Positions 42,095-50,206 are shown, counted from the stretch's first letter. The stretch: DNA of 64,000 bases from a virus (IMGVR_UViG_3300012980_000004:1-64000); one strand, 5' to 3'. Program-made: numbers and translations. The notes: generated by a model from the letters alone, not told the origin.

Positions 42095-42208
42095 CCGGTT
42101 GTTCCTATTGGGTGGAAGGCATGCCTCTTACTGCCTGAAGCTTTGAGAAAGAGAAGGTAAGAGTTCTCTTATCTGGGAGACCGTCTTGGGGCGAATGCCC
42201 CAACCAAT

Positions 42209-42277
42209 GATCCGATTCTCCGGCGAGGCGCATGGTCTGCAAAACCGTGTTCGAGGGTCCAACTCCCTCTCGGATCT
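42209..42277 (+). tRNA. tRNA-Cys(GCA), atypical
   Basis: Acceptor GATCCGA/TCGGATC. Discriminator T. Loop CTGCAAA on a stem extendable to 7 bp. Weak D-arm. T-loop TCCAACT. Confidence 0.6.
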
Positions 42278-42281
42278 CCAC

Positions 42282-42355
42282 GCCCCTGTAGCCTAGCGGA
42301 ACAGGCCGTCGTTTTCTAAACGATAGTTACGCGGGTTCGATTCCTGCCAGGGGTG
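42282..42355 (+). tRNA. tRNA-Arg(TCT)
   Basis: Acceptor GCCCCTG/CAGGGGT. D-stem GCCT/AGGC. Anticodon stem GTCGT/ACGAT, loop TTTCTAA. Confidence 0.85.
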
Positions 42356-42372
42356 CTAATTTTGTATAGTAT

Positions 42373-42795
42373 GTGATGTCCGAAATCAAAGATAACGAAG
42401 CTTCAAAAGAAGGCCCCGTTAGAGCTGAAGAGAACATTAAAGATCGTCAGACTCTTCGAGAAGAAGGATTGAAGCAGCTCGCGGCTCAACTCGCTCCTTG
42501 CGGCCCCATTTTAGAAATGGATCCTGATTTCATTCATAAAGTTCTGGCGATCCCTGAGAAATATTGGTGGCAATTCAGTAAGGCTCAATATACGGCTTCC
42601 AAAATCGAGCCTACGGTTGAAGAAATTGCTCAAATTCTCGATATGGCCAAAGTAGTCCATATTATGGATGAGCCAGGACTAATGAAAAGACCGATCGGAG
42701 TCACCGGACCAATGGGTCCTCAAGGATTCCCTGGCTCTATAGGCCCTTTAAATCTCCAAGGAGCAACAGGACCTGTTGGGTCTCAGAAACGCTAA
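42373..42795 (+). CDS. Protein with C-terminal short collagen-like tract
   Basis: ...IGVTGPMGPQGFPGSIGPLNLQGATGPVGSQKR. Confidence 0.6.
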   Translation: MMSEIKDNEASKEGPVRAEENIKDRQTLREEGLKQLAAQLAPCGPILEMDPDFIHKVLAIPEKYWWQFSKAQYTASKIEPTVEEIAQILDMAKVVHIMDEPGLMKRPIGVTGPMGPQGFPGSIGPLNLQGATGPVGSQKR

Positions 42796-42818
42796 GGGTC
42801 TATTGAGTATCGTCTGGT

Positions 42819-44306
42819 ATGACGATCACCGTCGGAGTCCTAAAACAAGTATCCGATCAGCCCAACGCGGTTGTGGCTACTGTTATATTGAACTCCGACG
42901 CGGTTCTGCCGAATCCACTGACGGCGTTGATCGACCCGGTTATATTCAATCAAATCTATACCCAACTAAATATTAGCCCAAATCAATACTCGATTTCGCA
43001 ACTCACGCTCAACAGCGTGAGTGCTCCGTTCATCGAGGAGATAACATATTCATATTCCATCCGATTCGTCCTCAATGGAACTCCGATTACGAGCTCCCAA
43101 TTCATTGGACCAGCGGGTCCACCCGGTCTAGCCGGAAAGGCTGGAGCCCCTGGAGCTGCAGGCGTTGGCGGACCCGTAGGTCCCACGGGTCCGCAGGGCC
43201 CTCAGGGGGTTACTGGAGTCACCGGACCCTTCGGAGGCCCTCCGGGGCCCACGGGAGTACAAGGCCCGACCGGACCTCAAGGCGGAACGGGTCCGCGTGG
43301 AGCTCCTGGCATCCCAGGATTCACCGGACCTCGAGGAGTAACCGGAGCCACCGGACCAATCGGATATACTGGTCCTCCCGGACAAAATGGTCTTCCTGGA
43401 CCTACTGGTTTTACTGGTCCGACAGGTCCTCAGGGTCCGCAAGGCATTGTCGGACCCGTTGGTCCTACTGGTTCGGTTGGCCCGATTGGTCCGACAGGTG
43501 CTATCGGCCTTCCTCCTAACAGGTATACCGCACCCGATGTCAACACTCTGATTGCATGGCAGCTTGATGAGGTAGCTGGAGCCACTGGACCTTTCCAAAA
43601 TGTTGGAACCTTCGGTCCTCCTGCTAACCTGGATCAACATCAAGGTAATTTCCTCCCACCAGGGATTCCAGTTGTTCCAGGAGCCCCCTTCTTCCGAACG
43701 GGAATTTTGGGAGTCTTCAACAATGCAGTCGATTTTGCCCCTGACCTCGTAGCAGTAGGTGCTGCTGCATTCTTGAAGACCACTTTCACAGGCGGTTTGC
43801 CTATTCAGTTCTCCGTGCACGGATGGGTGAAACTCCATTCAATTCCGGGCACTGGTTTCTTCCGGCTCTTCTCGAAGTGGTTTAACACGACAGGCAATAC
43901 GCCAGGACCTGCTCCTGACGCATTCGCCTTATTGATTAATAACACCAACGGATTCCTATACGTCCAGACTAACGTGGCTGGAGTCAATAAGGCGACACCA
44001 CAGGTAACACGCGACGCTCCATTCCCTCTCAATGAATGGGTGCATGTTGGTGCGACTTATGTGGGTGATGGGATCAACGCTCCTAACCACGGAACAGTCA
44101 AAATTTACGTTAATGGATACCAAGTTTTGGCCGATACCACATGGAATGGAATCATTGATTTCTCTGGTGGAGGCAATTTCTCTATCGGTGGAACTCCGGT
44201 CCTGTTCTCAGGGGTCGATGGAGTCCTAGATGATTGGCGAGTCGATTCCGTCGCCCGGCCCGATTCATATTTCGCCAGTTTGGTTCAACTCGGAAAGCCT
44301 TTCTGA
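42819..44306 (+). CDS. Collagen-like repeat protein with C-terminal LamG/concanavalin-like domain (fibre-type)
   Basis: GPAGPPGLAGKAGAPGAAG...(about 140 aa of Gly-X-Y), then FSVHGWVKL...FRLFSKW...WVHVGATY...GTVKIYVNGYQV...GVLDDWRV. Confidence 0.8.
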   Translation: MTITVGVLKQVSDQPNAVVATVILNSDAVLPNPLTALIDPVIFNQIYTQLNISPNQYSISQLTLNSVSAPFIEEITYSYSIRFVLNGTPITSSQFIGPAGPPGLAGKAGAPGAAGVGGPVGPTGPQGPQGVTGVTGPFGGPPGPTGVQGPTGPQGGTGPRGAPGIPGFTGPRGVTGATGPIGYTGPPGQNGLPGPTGFTGPTGPQGPQGIVGPVGPTGSVGPIGPTGAIGLPPNRYTAPDVNTLIAWQLDEVAGATGPFQNVGTFGPPANLDQHQGNFLPPGIPVVPGAPFFRTGILGVFNNAVDFAPDLVAVGAAAFLKTTFTGGLPIQFSVHGWVKLHSIPGTGFFRLFSKWFNTTGNTPGPAPDAFALLINNTNGFLYVQTNVAGVNKATPQVTRDAPFPLNEWVHVGATYVGDGINAPNHGTVKIYVNGYQVLADTTWNGIIDFSGGGNFSIGGTPVLFSGVDGVLDDWRVDSVARPDSYFASLVQLGKPF

Positions 44307-44686
44307 TGTCTGAAAAAACCGTCCGTTGTACAGACTGCGCCGCTGAGTTCACGCACGAAGAGCTCGAGGGAGCGAATGGTTGCCCCATATGCAAGACCTC
44401 GAGCCTTCCGTGCCGCATAGAAGACGACGTCACACTCAACATAAACTGGCATGAACTCCGGATTCTCGCGATATGGGCTTCCAATTATGCTGGCGAGAAG
44501 CTCAAGGGACAACCAGGTGAGCGCACGCTCAGGAGCATTATCAAGCGACTCCATGCTCAACATCCTGAGCGCACACCTCTAACGTTTGCAGATGAAATCC
44601 AGCAAGTAGCCAATCACTTTGGCGACGCTGAAATAGTGAGCTCTGACGGCACAAGGACTGTAGTCAAGCAAAACAAGCCGTCGTGA
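44306..44686 (+). CDS. Zinc-ribbon protein (126 aa)
   Basis: TGATG overlap. RCTDCAAEF...GCPICK. Confidence 0.6.
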   Translation: MSEKTVRCTDCAAEFTHEELEGANGCPICKTSSLPCRIEDDVTLNINWHELRILAIWASNYAGEKLKGQPGERTLRSIIKRLHAQHPERTPLTFADEIQQVANHFGDAEIVSSDGTRTVVKQNKPS

Positions 44687-44913
44687 ACCTGAGCCCCGAT
44701 CAGATAAAGAAACTCGCTGAAGCAGCGGAGCGAGAAGCCCAACGGGATCTCATGCGACTGCTCTATCGAGCAGGGGCTTGGGTTTCAGCCATTTCACTAG
44801 GAGTAGGTTGGGGTTTTATCCAGCAACATTTATGGTATGGATATGGAATAATTGTTGTTGGAGGTCTCTGTGCAGTAATCTGCATCAAAAAGATTTGGCA
44901 ATACTGGGATTAA
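44683..44913 (+). CDS. Small membrane protein (2 predicted TM helices)
   Basis: AWVSAISLGVGWGFI...YGIIVVGGLCAVICI. Confidence 0.55.
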   Translation: MNLSPDQIKKLAEAAEREAQRDLMRLLYRAGAWVSAISLGVGWGFIQQHLWYGYGIIVVGGLCAVICIKKIWQYWD

Positions 44914-45356
44914 TTGTTCATTACATTATGGCAGACTAAGAAAACATAAGCGTCGTTGAAGAGACGCTCAGCAATCTTTTGCATTGCGGGACCTCGATAA
45001 TAGTTCGGTGCGATCAGAGTAACCAATCTGTCCGCCATGCGGTTAATTGCGTCTCGTCCGCTTTCCGTATTGAACACTTTGTAGAGACGAATCTGCCTAT
45101 ATTTGTGTATCTCACAATTGATACAATGCTGAGGTTCCCAGAAGAAATAAGTATTCCTCCGATTGGCTCGCATGTAGGCCACGTTCCAACTATGACGTTC
45201 CGCTAAGATCCTGTCATTGCTGGTGACTACGTTAGCCTCGACCAGGACTTTGAATTCTTGCGGTTGATTCTTCTTGAGAGCTCGACGTTCAAACTTGAAC
45301 TCTATCCCAAGGTGGTTCACAATTTCTGGACGGTTAAAAAGCTTCACCTCAAACAT
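44910..45356 (-). CDS. Hypothetical protein (148 aa)
   Basis: ORF track 44910..45461. The upstream part overlaps tRNA-Arg, so the start is set at MFEVKLF.... Confidence 0.55.
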   Translation of the reverse strand: MFEVKLFNRPEIVNHLGIEFKFERRALKKNQPQEFKVLVEANVVTSNDRILAERHSWNVAYMRANRRNTYFFWEPQHCINCEIHKYRQIRLYKVFNTESGRDAINRMADRLVTLIAPNYYRGPAMQKIAERLFNDAYVFLVCHNVMNN

Positions 45357-45434
45357 TACATCTCCCGTCAGACGGATTCTGACTCGACGCTCCGATCGTC
45401 GATGAGCTGGTTCAACTCCAGCACGGGAGGCCAT

Positions 45435-45506
45435 GTCCTCGTAGCCTAGCGGAAGAGGCACCGGTCTTCGAAACCGGAAACGCGGGTTCGATTCCTGCCG
45501 AGGACA
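45435..45506 (+). tRNA. tRNA-Arg(TCG)
   Basis: Acceptor GTCCTCG/CGAGGAC. Anticodon stem CCGGT/ACCGG, loop CTTCGAA. Confidence 0.9.
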
Positions 45507-45532
45507 CTAATTGTATTTTAGAAGTAGGAATT

Positions 45533-45742
45533 GTGAGCGAATACACGAAGCAGGGCGTCCGGAATCTCGACAACATCGGCCCGAAGCAATCGCCACCTTT
45601 GACAATGCCAAAGGTTTGCGACCATCGTCGCATACGATCATGTTGCACGCCGGATTGTGGGCACTACATCTGTCCCTGTGGGGTTACATGGGACGATGGT
45701 GCTGAAGGACCATGGCCTCCATTCCGACGCCGACGCAGGTAG
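45533..45742 (+). CDS. Cys-rich small protein (69 aa)
   Basis: GTG start. ...VCDHRRIRSCCTPDCGHYICPCG.... Confidence 0.45.
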   Translation: MSEYTKQGVRNLDNIGPKQSPPLTMPKVCDHRRIRSCCTPDCGHYICPCGVTWDDGAEGPWPPFRRRRR

Positions 45743-46164
45743 AGTCTTGGATGTTCCAAGACCGACACTGGAATCGTCAGAAGTTTCCCTCGAAACACGT
45801 CTTAGTTTGCGAAGACGACACATCTTGTCAGTCCCGCATGGCTAAGCACTTCTCGGAAACGTTCGAACCTCAAGGGACCGTTCAGTTCAGCTTTGTGCCA
45901 GGAGGACGTGCTGCGGCAGGCGTCATTCTTTGGACACCAATTGATTTGGTCATTTTAGACCACGACATGCCGAATGGAAATGGCGCCGATTTGATACATT
46001 GGATGAAAGCTCATAAATATGGGATGCCAGTCATAACATTTTCAGGAATCCCTCAAAACAATGCGACTATGATGAATTTGGGTGCGAGTCATCGATTCCA
46101 TAAAGAAGAAGTCATAGCCGGGAAAGCGGATCCCTTGATCCGTCAAATTCTAGGCTTGCAGTAA
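45712..46164 (+). CDS. Stand-alone response-regulator receiver (REC) domain protein
   Basis: HVLVCEDD...DLVILDHDMPNGNGADL...PVITFSG...FHKE. Confidence 0.75.
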   Translation: MASIPTPTQVESWMFQDRHWNRQKFPSKHVLVCEDDTSCQSRMAKHFSETFEPQGTVQFSFVPGGRAAAGVILWTPIDLVILDHDMPNGNGADLIHWMKAHKYGMPVITFSGIPQNNATMMNLGASHRFHKEEVIAGKADPLIRQILGLQ

Positions 46165-46233
46165 CGCGGTAACACTTGGAGTGGGACAGCTTTCATAAGG
46201 CTGGTCAAGACGGTCCGATTCCGTCTACCGCGA
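46165..46233 (+). tRNA. CAT-anticodon tRNA (Met/Ile2), atypical
   Basis: Acceptor CGCGGTA/TACCGCG. Anticodon stem CAGCT/GGCTG, loop TTCATAA. T-arm GACGG-TCCGATT-CCGTC. D-arm reduced (CAC-TTGGA-GTG). Confidence 0.5.
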
Positions 46234-46239
46234 CTAAGA

Positions 46240-46509
46240 ATGACTAAAAGCATTAGACCAAAACCAAGCTCTCCGCCCAGGCGTCGGACTTCCGGCGCGA
46301 TTAAGCGTCCTTCTCTCCCACCTAAACTGCCGAAGGGCGCAGCCAAAGATGAAGAAGGAGTTTGCCCCGTTTGTGGAGGCAAAGTCATTGAGAAGTATGA
46401 ATCCAATGAAGATGAACGCGGCCGTCATAAAATGATGGCTGTAGGTCTCCATTGCAACAAGTGCGGCTTAAAATTCGAGTTTATGCCACCTAGCTTACTC
46501 AAGAAATAA
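46240..46509 (+). CDS. Basic N-terminus plus zinc-ribbon protein
   Basis: VCPVCGG...HCNKCG. Confidence 0.6.
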   Translation: MTKSIRPKPSSPPRRRTSGAIKRPSLPPKLPKGAAKDEEGVCPVCGGKVIEKYESNEDERGRHKMMAVGLHCNKCGLKFEFMPPSLLKK

Positions 46510-46512
46510 TAT

Positions 46513-46583
46513 TGGGGATTCGTCTAATGGCAGGACAGCAGCCTTTGGAGCTGCCTATCGGGGTTCGAGTCCCTGATCCCCAG
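46513..46583 (+). tRNA. tRNA-Gln(TTG), second copy
   Basis: Acceptor TGGGGAT/ATCCCCA. Anticodon stem GCAGC/GCTGC, loop CTTTGGA. Confidence 0.85.
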
Positions 46584-46612
46584 CCAATGGCATTTTCATA
46601 CGATGACTAAGT

Positions 46613-46870
46613 ATGAAGATAGATCAGAGCCGAGCCGATGCTTGGTACCTGGCTATTAGCGATTTCTTGGAAACTCAAGCTGGAGACCAGGATGCCGCTG
46701 TGCCTGGCTCCTTAGTCTCAGCTCTTTGTAAAGTGCTAGCTGATGCTATGGAAGGCATCGAAGCAGACGAAACCAAAAAACTCGAGGTGGTACTCAAACT
46801 TACCGCTCTCGCCATGGGTTATCAGGAGGAATTCCTAATACTCAAAGACCCGAAAGGCTTGCTAAGTTAG
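46613..46870 (+). CDS. Hypothetical acidic protein (85 aa)
   Basis: ORF track. Confidence 0.45.
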   Translation: MKIDQSRADAWYLAISDFLETQAGDQDAAVPGSLVSALCKVLADAMEGIEADETKKLEVVLKLTALAMGYQEEFLILKDPKGLLS

Positions 46871-46963
46871 GCGGTCATGAATATCGATGCTTTATTAGAT
46901 GAAATCAACTACTCTTTAGACGAGAAGAGGATAGAAGGGATCGGCCCGGCTATCCTTTATTTC

Positions 46964-47326
46964 TCAGCCGATCGCCTCGTAGACTCCGTTACCAGTTCGC
47001 TTGACCAATTTCTGATCGATCAGAGTGTTGATAGCTCGGAAGAACACTCCATGGCTCAGCTTGAGCTTCTGGAAGATGTCACCCGTCGAGACCTCTCCAC
47101 CCTTCTTCTTGATGATTGTGAGGATCTTTCCGGGGACTCGCTCTGCTTCGATCCTGGATAGCCGAGAACGGGCTTCTTTCTTGGTGGCCTTGTGCTTGTG
47201 AACCTTTTTAGGAGCAGACCTGAATCCAATCAGCTTGGATAGCCGATCTTTCATTTCTGCAAGATTCGCCTCCTGGCTTTTGATCTGGACTGACAATTCG
47301 ATGATCTGATCGACTTTGGAACTCAT
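46964..47326 (-). CDS. Coiled-coil plus winged-helix-like DNA-binding protein
   Basis: AAGGAGA lies 7 nt upstream of the ATG. C-terminus ILTIIKKKGGEVSTGDIFQKLKLSHGVFFRAINTLIDQKLVKR. Confidence 0.65.
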   Translation of the reverse strand: MSSKVDQIIELSVQIKSQEANLAEMKDRLSKLIGFRSAPKKVHKHKATKKEARSRLSRIEAERVPGKILTIIKKKGGEVSTGDIFQKLKLSHGVFFRAINTLIDQKLVKRTGNGVYEAIG

Positions 47327-47372
47327 ACGATTCTCCTTCGACAGATTTTACAAATGGAATATTCTAATTTAC

Positions 47373-47445
47373 GGGCCAGTAACTCAGCGGTAGCAGTGCC
47401 TCCCTTACAAGGAGGAAGTCGGCGGTTCGAATCCGTCCTGGCCTA
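47373..47445 (+). tRNA. tRNA-Val(TAC)
   Basis: Acceptor GGGCCAG/CTGGCCT (G1-U72). Anticodon stem CCTCC/GGAGG, loop CTTACAA. Confidence 0.85.
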
Positions 47446-47451
47446 CTAAAT

Positions 47452-47493
47452 GCGGGAGTCGTTCTCGGGGAGAACACCAGCTCGACAAGCTGG
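47452..47493 (+). other. tRNA 5'-half-like element (acceptor strand, D-like and anticodon-like hairpins, no T-arm)
   Basis: GCGGGAG TC GTTCT-CGGGG-AGAAC A CCAGC-TCGACAA-GCTGG. No T-arm or complementary CTCCCGC follows. Confidence 0.35.
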
Positions 47494-47513
47494 ACCAGGT
47501 ACGACTTAATCAA

Positions 47514-47585
47514 TGGCTAGTAGTTCACCGGTAGAACGCTCCCCTGACACGGGAGAGGTAGAGGGTTCAACTCCCTCCTAGCCAA
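47514..47585 (+). tRNA. tRNA-Val(GAC)
   Basis: Acceptor TGGCTAG/CTAGCCA. D-stem GTTC/GAAC. Anticodon stem CTCCC/GGGAG, loop CTGACAC. Confidence 0.85.
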
Positions 47586-47599
47586 CTGTATAATTGCAA

Positions 47600-48106
47600 A
47601 TGATGGATTTTCGTGTATGCAATCGGTGTACTTCAAAGAAGTCCATTACCTGCTTTCCGAAGGCTACTGGCAAGAGTCGTATAACCCCATGTCGAAGACG
47701 CATTTGCAGTGCATGCATTGCACGAAAACGCTACAATCCCGCGAAGAGAGCTGTTAAAGCTAAGATTTATGCAAAAACCCATGTTTCGGAATGTGTCCTT
47801 AGATATTGTAGGAATGCTGACAAAAGGCGTGGCCACGAACATGATCTAAGTTTAGAGTTTGTTCGAGATCTTTTAAGCAAGCCGTGTTCCTACTGCGGAG
47901 ACACATTGCTCAGAATGACTCTAGATCGAATTGAGAATAAATTGGGCCATACCCGAAAGAACGTTGTACCAGCTTGTGTTCGTTGCAATTACGCCCGTCG
48001 AGATATGCCTTATCAGGCATGGCTTGAACTGGTGCCAGCCCTAAAATCTGCACGATTGAAAGGACTATTCGGGGATTGGACTGGTGGTTGGAAGAAATTA
48101 ATATGA
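47600..48106 (+). CDS. HNH homing endonuclease
   Basis: CSYCGDTLLRMTLDRIENKLGHTRKNVVPACVRCNYARRD. Confidence 0.8.
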   Translation: MMDFRVCNRCTSKKSITCFPKATGKSRITPCRRRICSACIARKRYNPAKRAVKAKIYAKTHVSECVLRYCRNADKRRGHEHDLSLEFVRDLLSKPCSYCGDTLLRMTLDRIENKLGHTRKNVVPACVRCNYARRDMPYQAWLELVPALKSARLKGLFGDWTGGWKKLI

Positions 48107-48169
48107 AATAGAGTGGTCCTGTCTCCCGCACCAGTAACGTTCTTCATGACTATTATTTGGAGAGAGACT

Positions 48170-48367
48170 ATGGATGGGACGATCTATAGTCTCAATTTCA
48201 AGCAACGCTCGAAGCAAAAAGTGAATAGCATATTCTTATCAGGGAATCATTCCCCGAAAGAACTGAATAAAGTTCAGGTTCAGGCAATAGTCGGAATACT
48301 CAAAGAGATTGGACCGACTGCGGCGAAGAAAGAAGTTGTCAGATTCAAGAAGTTCAAGCCAACGTAG
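48170..48367 (+). CDS. Hypothetical protein (65 aa)
   Basis: ATG 48170 has GGAGAG upstream. The 3' end overlaps the tRNA by about 10 nt. Confidence 0.4.
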   Translation: MDGTIYSLNFKQRSKQKVNSIFLSGNHSPKELNKVQVQAIVGILKEIGPTAAKKEVVRFKKFKPT

Positions 48368-48432
48368 CCCAATTGGTAGGAGGCACTTGACTTAGGATCA
48401 AGGCAGTATGGGTTCGAATCCCTTCGTTGGCA
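48358..48432 (+). tRNA. TAG-anticodon tRNA (Leu by anticodon) with class I (short variable loop) body
   Basis: Acceptor GCCAACG/CGTTGGC. Discriminator A. Anticodon stem CTTGA/TCAAG, loop CTTAGGA. Variable loop only GCAGT. Confidence 0.7.
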
Positions 48433-48446
48433 CTGTATGGTTTATT

Positions 48447-48773
48447 ATGGAGACGGTCTATTTGACAAAGCGCGAGCTCGACGGACTCGCCGAGTATTCA
48501 TGCACTGTTCCGACCGGAACTACGATCGGCAAGCGTTGGAAGCGTAATGACAATGCTTATCGTCGAGAAATCGCTCATTTAGATTTCTGGAATGGGAGTC
48601 CTGTCTTGGAGCGATTTCCGCCTAATTGGTTAATGGGCGAATATGCGCCCGATCCGAAAGCCAAGCTAGATAAGAAAGGTCAGCCAGAGACTATTTTGAT
48701 CGTCTGGAGAAAAATCGTAGTTCGAGAGGAGAAATGCGATGCTAGAAGCAATAATAGGAGCGATAGCCCTTAG
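48447..48773 (+). CDS. Hypothetical protein (108 aa)
   Basis: ATG 48447 clears the tRNA. Confidence 0.55.
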   Translation: METVYLTKRELDGLAEYSCTVPTGTTIGKRWKRNDNAYRREIAHLDFWNGSPVLERFPPNWLMGEYAPDPKAKLDKKGQPETILIVWRKIVVREEKCDARSNNRSDSP

Positions 48774-48850
48774 GGCCGTCGCCTTATCCGGCTGGTTGCC
48801 GGAGCACGTCTTATAAGCGTGTGGCGGGAGTTCAATTCTCGGACGGCCCA
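48773..48850 (+). tRNA. tRNA-Ile(TAT), atypical architecture
   Basis: Acceptor GGGCCGT(C)/(G)ACGGCCC, extendable to 8 bp. 8-nt linker CGCCTTAT. D-arm CCGGC-TGGTT-GCCGG. Anticodon stem CACGT/GCGTG, loop CTTATAA. T-stem only GAG/CTC. Confidence 0.6.
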
Positions 48851-48853
48851 CTA

Positions 48854-49111
48854 ATGAAGCGTAAATTGGATAGTCATGACTGGCATTCTCATATCCCTTT
48901 GGAAAAGGGTCAGCATCGGCAGTATATCTGGACCTGTTCAAAATGCGGAGCCAAGACATTTCATACCCAAAAGCCTCTTGCACTTCCCAAACGGATGAAA
49001 TATAAGAATGGTTCCTGGGCTAGAGTAGCGGATATCGGAACTCTTAAGAGAGTTCCTTTGCATCTCTATTCATGTCCTGAATTTTCGGCACTTAGAATAA
49101 TGGAATCGTAA
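48854..49111 (+). CDS. IMES-tail family small zinc-ribbon protein
   Basis: TCSKCG ... LYSCPEFSALRIMES. Confidence 0.65.
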   Translation: MKRKLDSHDWHSHIPLEKGQHRQYIWTCSKCGAKTFHTQKPLALPKRMKYKNGSWARVADIGTLKRVPLHLYSCPEFSALRIMES

Positions 49112-49112
49112 T

Positions 49113-49193
49113 GCACAGGTGGGATAAAGGCGAATGGCACAGCCGCTGGTTTCAAAAGCCAGACCTTTGCGGGTTCAAGTCCCGCCCTGTGCA
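49113..49193 (+). tRNA. tRNA-Leu(CAA), atypical (linker insertion, no hairpin variable arm)
   Basis: Acceptor GCACAGG/CCTGTGC. 9-nt linker TGGGATAAA. D-arm GGC-GAATGGCACA-GCC. Anticodon stem CTGGT/GCCAG, loop TTCAAAA. Variable region ACCTTT. CCA encoded, and its last A is the A of the next ATG. Confidence 0.65.
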
Positions 49194-49195
49194 CC

Positions 49196-49459
49196 ATGAA
49201 TAACAAAGTCCGACTTCTAGTCCATGGCGTGACTGTTGAAGAATGGACGAAGCGTTACGGCGTAACGCCGTTCACTCACCCCTGCTACGGGTGCGGGCAT
49301 CCTCTTACGACGACTATTCCATTCGTGCAAGGCCAGCTCCGAGGTCTGCAAGCACCAAAATGTGAATGCGGAGAGCATGATTCCGGGTATAGCCACCCGC
49401 CATACTCTATTGTCCGAGACCCGAAATATGGGGACTTGTTCGATAATTGGGGGAAATGA
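49196..49459 (+). CDS. Hypothetical Cys-containing protein (87 aa)
   Basis: HPCYGCGH...PKCECGEHD. Confidence 0.55.
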   Translation: MNNKVRLLVHGVTVEEWTKRYGVTPFTHPCYGCGHPLTTTIPFVQGQLRGLQAPKCECGEHDSGYSHPPYSIVRDPKYGDLFDNWGK

Positions 49460-49824
49460 GGCTTTTCATTATGACTCTCGAAGCTCACAAGGTGCTCTTC
49501 TGGCTAATTGTAGGCCACTTTGCGATGGATTATCCGTTCCAGGGTGACACCACAGCCATTCAGAAGAGCCCACTGTGCAACAATCCTTTATCCAAGTTAG
49601 TTCCATGGTATTACTGGATGACAGCTCACTGCCTTATGCAAGCAGGTGTAGTGATGCTAGTCACAGGTAGTATCAAGTTCGCATTGTTTGAATTCGTTGT
49701 ACATTTTGTTACTGATTACACAAAATGTCGCAACTGGATCAGCATTCACTTGGATCAAGGAATTCATTTAGCATGCAAATTAAGTTTTGCCATTCTCATC
49801 GCGTTAGATCAGAAGCATTGGTAG
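49456..49824 (+). CDS. Membrane protein, DUF3307-like
   Basis: ATGA overlap. GHFAMDYPFQ, HFVTDYTK, LDQGIHL in hydrophobic context. Confidence 0.55.
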   Translation: MRLFIMTLEAHKVLFWLIVGHFAMDYPFQGDTTAIQKSPLCNNPLSKLVPWYYWMTAHCLMQAGVVMLVTGSIKFALFEFVVHFVTDYTKCRNWISIHLDQGIHLACKLSFAILIALDQKHW

Positions 49825-49903
49825 TATTCGCTGAATTGATCTTTCTTTGGTATATCTTAATGATCGACGTTTATTTACAAATGGATAATGGCGGATGGTT
49901 CAT

Positions 49904-49986
49904 GGCCCAGTGAGGATAATGAGGAATGGCACACTCTGCGGATTTAAAATCCGTACCTTTTGAGGGTTCAATTCCCTCCTGGGCTA
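49904..49986 (+). tRNA. tRNA-Leu(TAA), atypical (same architecture as Leu-CAA)
   Basis: Acceptor GGCCCAG/CTGGGCT. 10-nt linker TGAGGATAAT. D-arm GAG-GAATGGCACA-CTC. Anticodon stem GCGGA/TCCGT, loop TTTAAAA. Variable region ACCTTTT. Confidence 0.65.
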
Positions 49987-50026
49987 CCGAGTCAGATTAG
50001 AATATTCAGAGACGTCAGTTAGTAAC

Positions 50027-50130
50027 GGGGTTGTGACGGAAATGGAAGACGTTAGCTAGGATCAGTACCTGAAGATACTGGACCTGGTGAGGCTCTCAGG
50101 GCCATGTGAGTTCGATCCTCTCCAACCCCA
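50027..50130 (+). ncRNA. 104-nt tRNA-like RNA, anticodon not assignable
   Basis: Acceptor GGGGTTG/CAACCCC. D-arm ACG-GAAATGGAAGA-CGT. Long stem GGATCAGTA/TACTGGACC with 8-nt loop CCTGAAGA. Extra hairpin. T-arm GTGAG-TTCGATC-CTCTC. Confidence 0.45.
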
Positions 50131-50206
50131 CTATTCCCGCAGGATGGTCCTGTGGAAATGAATCGAGGAAATCATGAGAAAGAGACGAAGAAGGCGTAGG
50201 TGAACC

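Noticed and set aside
42095-42208. Possible tRNA or ncRNA between Gly(CCC) and Cys(GCA), with hairpins TTGGGGC-GAAT-GCCCCAA and GAGAA/TTCTC
   Set aside because: It is structured, but there is no T-loop or acceptor pairing. Evidence is insufficient to call a gene.
46877-47161. 94-aa plus-strand acidic ORF, in frame with 46613..46870 across a TAG
   Set aside because: It overlaps the better-supported minus-strand gene 46964..47326, which has a strong AAGGAGA ribosome-binding site and a winged-helix-like C-terminus. It is kept only as a remote read-through possibility.
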